A stretch of DNA of 60,444 bases. Source: an uncultured bacterium. GTDB lineage: Bacteria; CALINM01. Position 1 is the first letter of the stretch; each line of letters opens with the position of its first letter. Under the pieces are notes generated by a model that made no database searches, was not told the origin of the DNA, and was given only the letters and a program-made list of their open reading frames with translations. A program made the position numbers and the translations under genes. This document shows positions 60,346 through 60,444 of this stretch, piece by piece. The stretch is taken from positions 1 through 60,444 of the forward strand of contig CALINM010000065.1 of the NCBI GenBank assembly GCA_938045315.1, written 5' to 3'.

Positions 60346-60444
60346 AGATAAATTTTAAACCTTCAATATTGACTAAATCAATTTAAAAAAACACGTTTTT
60401 AGATGAGGATGAGATTTAGAGCCCTATTTTTTAAAAAAATTTTA

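Noticed and set aside
1-60444. CRISPR arrays, insertion sequences, prophage or defence islands
   Set aside because: I found no direct-repeat/spacer periodicity and no transposase, integrase, Cas, restriction or toxin-antitoxin-like ORFs. The only repeats seen are the short regulatory repeats reported above.

Overview
AT-rich bacterial chromosomal window of 60.4 kb. It is almost fully coding, with about 60 genes, most on the minus strand. I saw no CRISPR array, transposase, integrase or phage genes. The backbone is housekeeping: tyrS, ymdB-rny, zapB-zapA-6S RNA, trpB2, DAHP synthase, mglBA, a four-subunit 2-oxoacid:ferredoxin oxidoreductase (porGDAB), tRNA-Ser/SRP RNA/dnaX/ybaB/recR, xseB-ispA-dxs-tlyA, lysC-cimA-comEA, a futalosine-pathway radical SAM gene, tsaE/nnr/acpS/pdxJ, and glmM-cdaR-cdaA-folP-ftsH-tilS. 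Two anaerobic redox modules are embedded in this backbone. (1) At the left edge is a large two-module HdrA-like flavoprotein. Its reading frame contains one in-frame TGA followed by a GC-rich SECIS-like hairpin, so it is probably a selenoprotein. It is preceded by a perfect sigma-54 promoter and lies next to a siroheme sulfite-reductase-like protein fused to TusA and an AhbD/NirJ-like radical SAM enzyme. (2) At 31-40 kb is a periplasmic molybdopterin oxidoreductase of TtrA/PsrA type (1071 aa, Tat signal) with an FeS subunit and a triheme c7 cytochrome in place of a membrane anchor. It sits behind a sigma-54 promoter with two 22-bp tandem enhancer repeats. Immediately upstream are a NtrC-type activator, a sensor kinase and a double PhnD-like binding protein that ends in a CXXCH motif. 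Other observations: a 6S RNA abutting zapA; two A8 slippery tracts in dnaX at the domain III boundary, each followed by an immediate -1-frame stop (candidate tau/gamma recoding); a GAF-GGDEF-EAL gene with three frameshifts and one nonsense codon; and a pattern in which every frameshift in the window would be repaired by adding one base to an A/T homopolymer. The gene content suggests an anaerobic, possibly thermophilic, sulfur- or sulfate-metabolising lineage. That is inference only. All calls come from reading the sequence and ORF translations; no database search was run.
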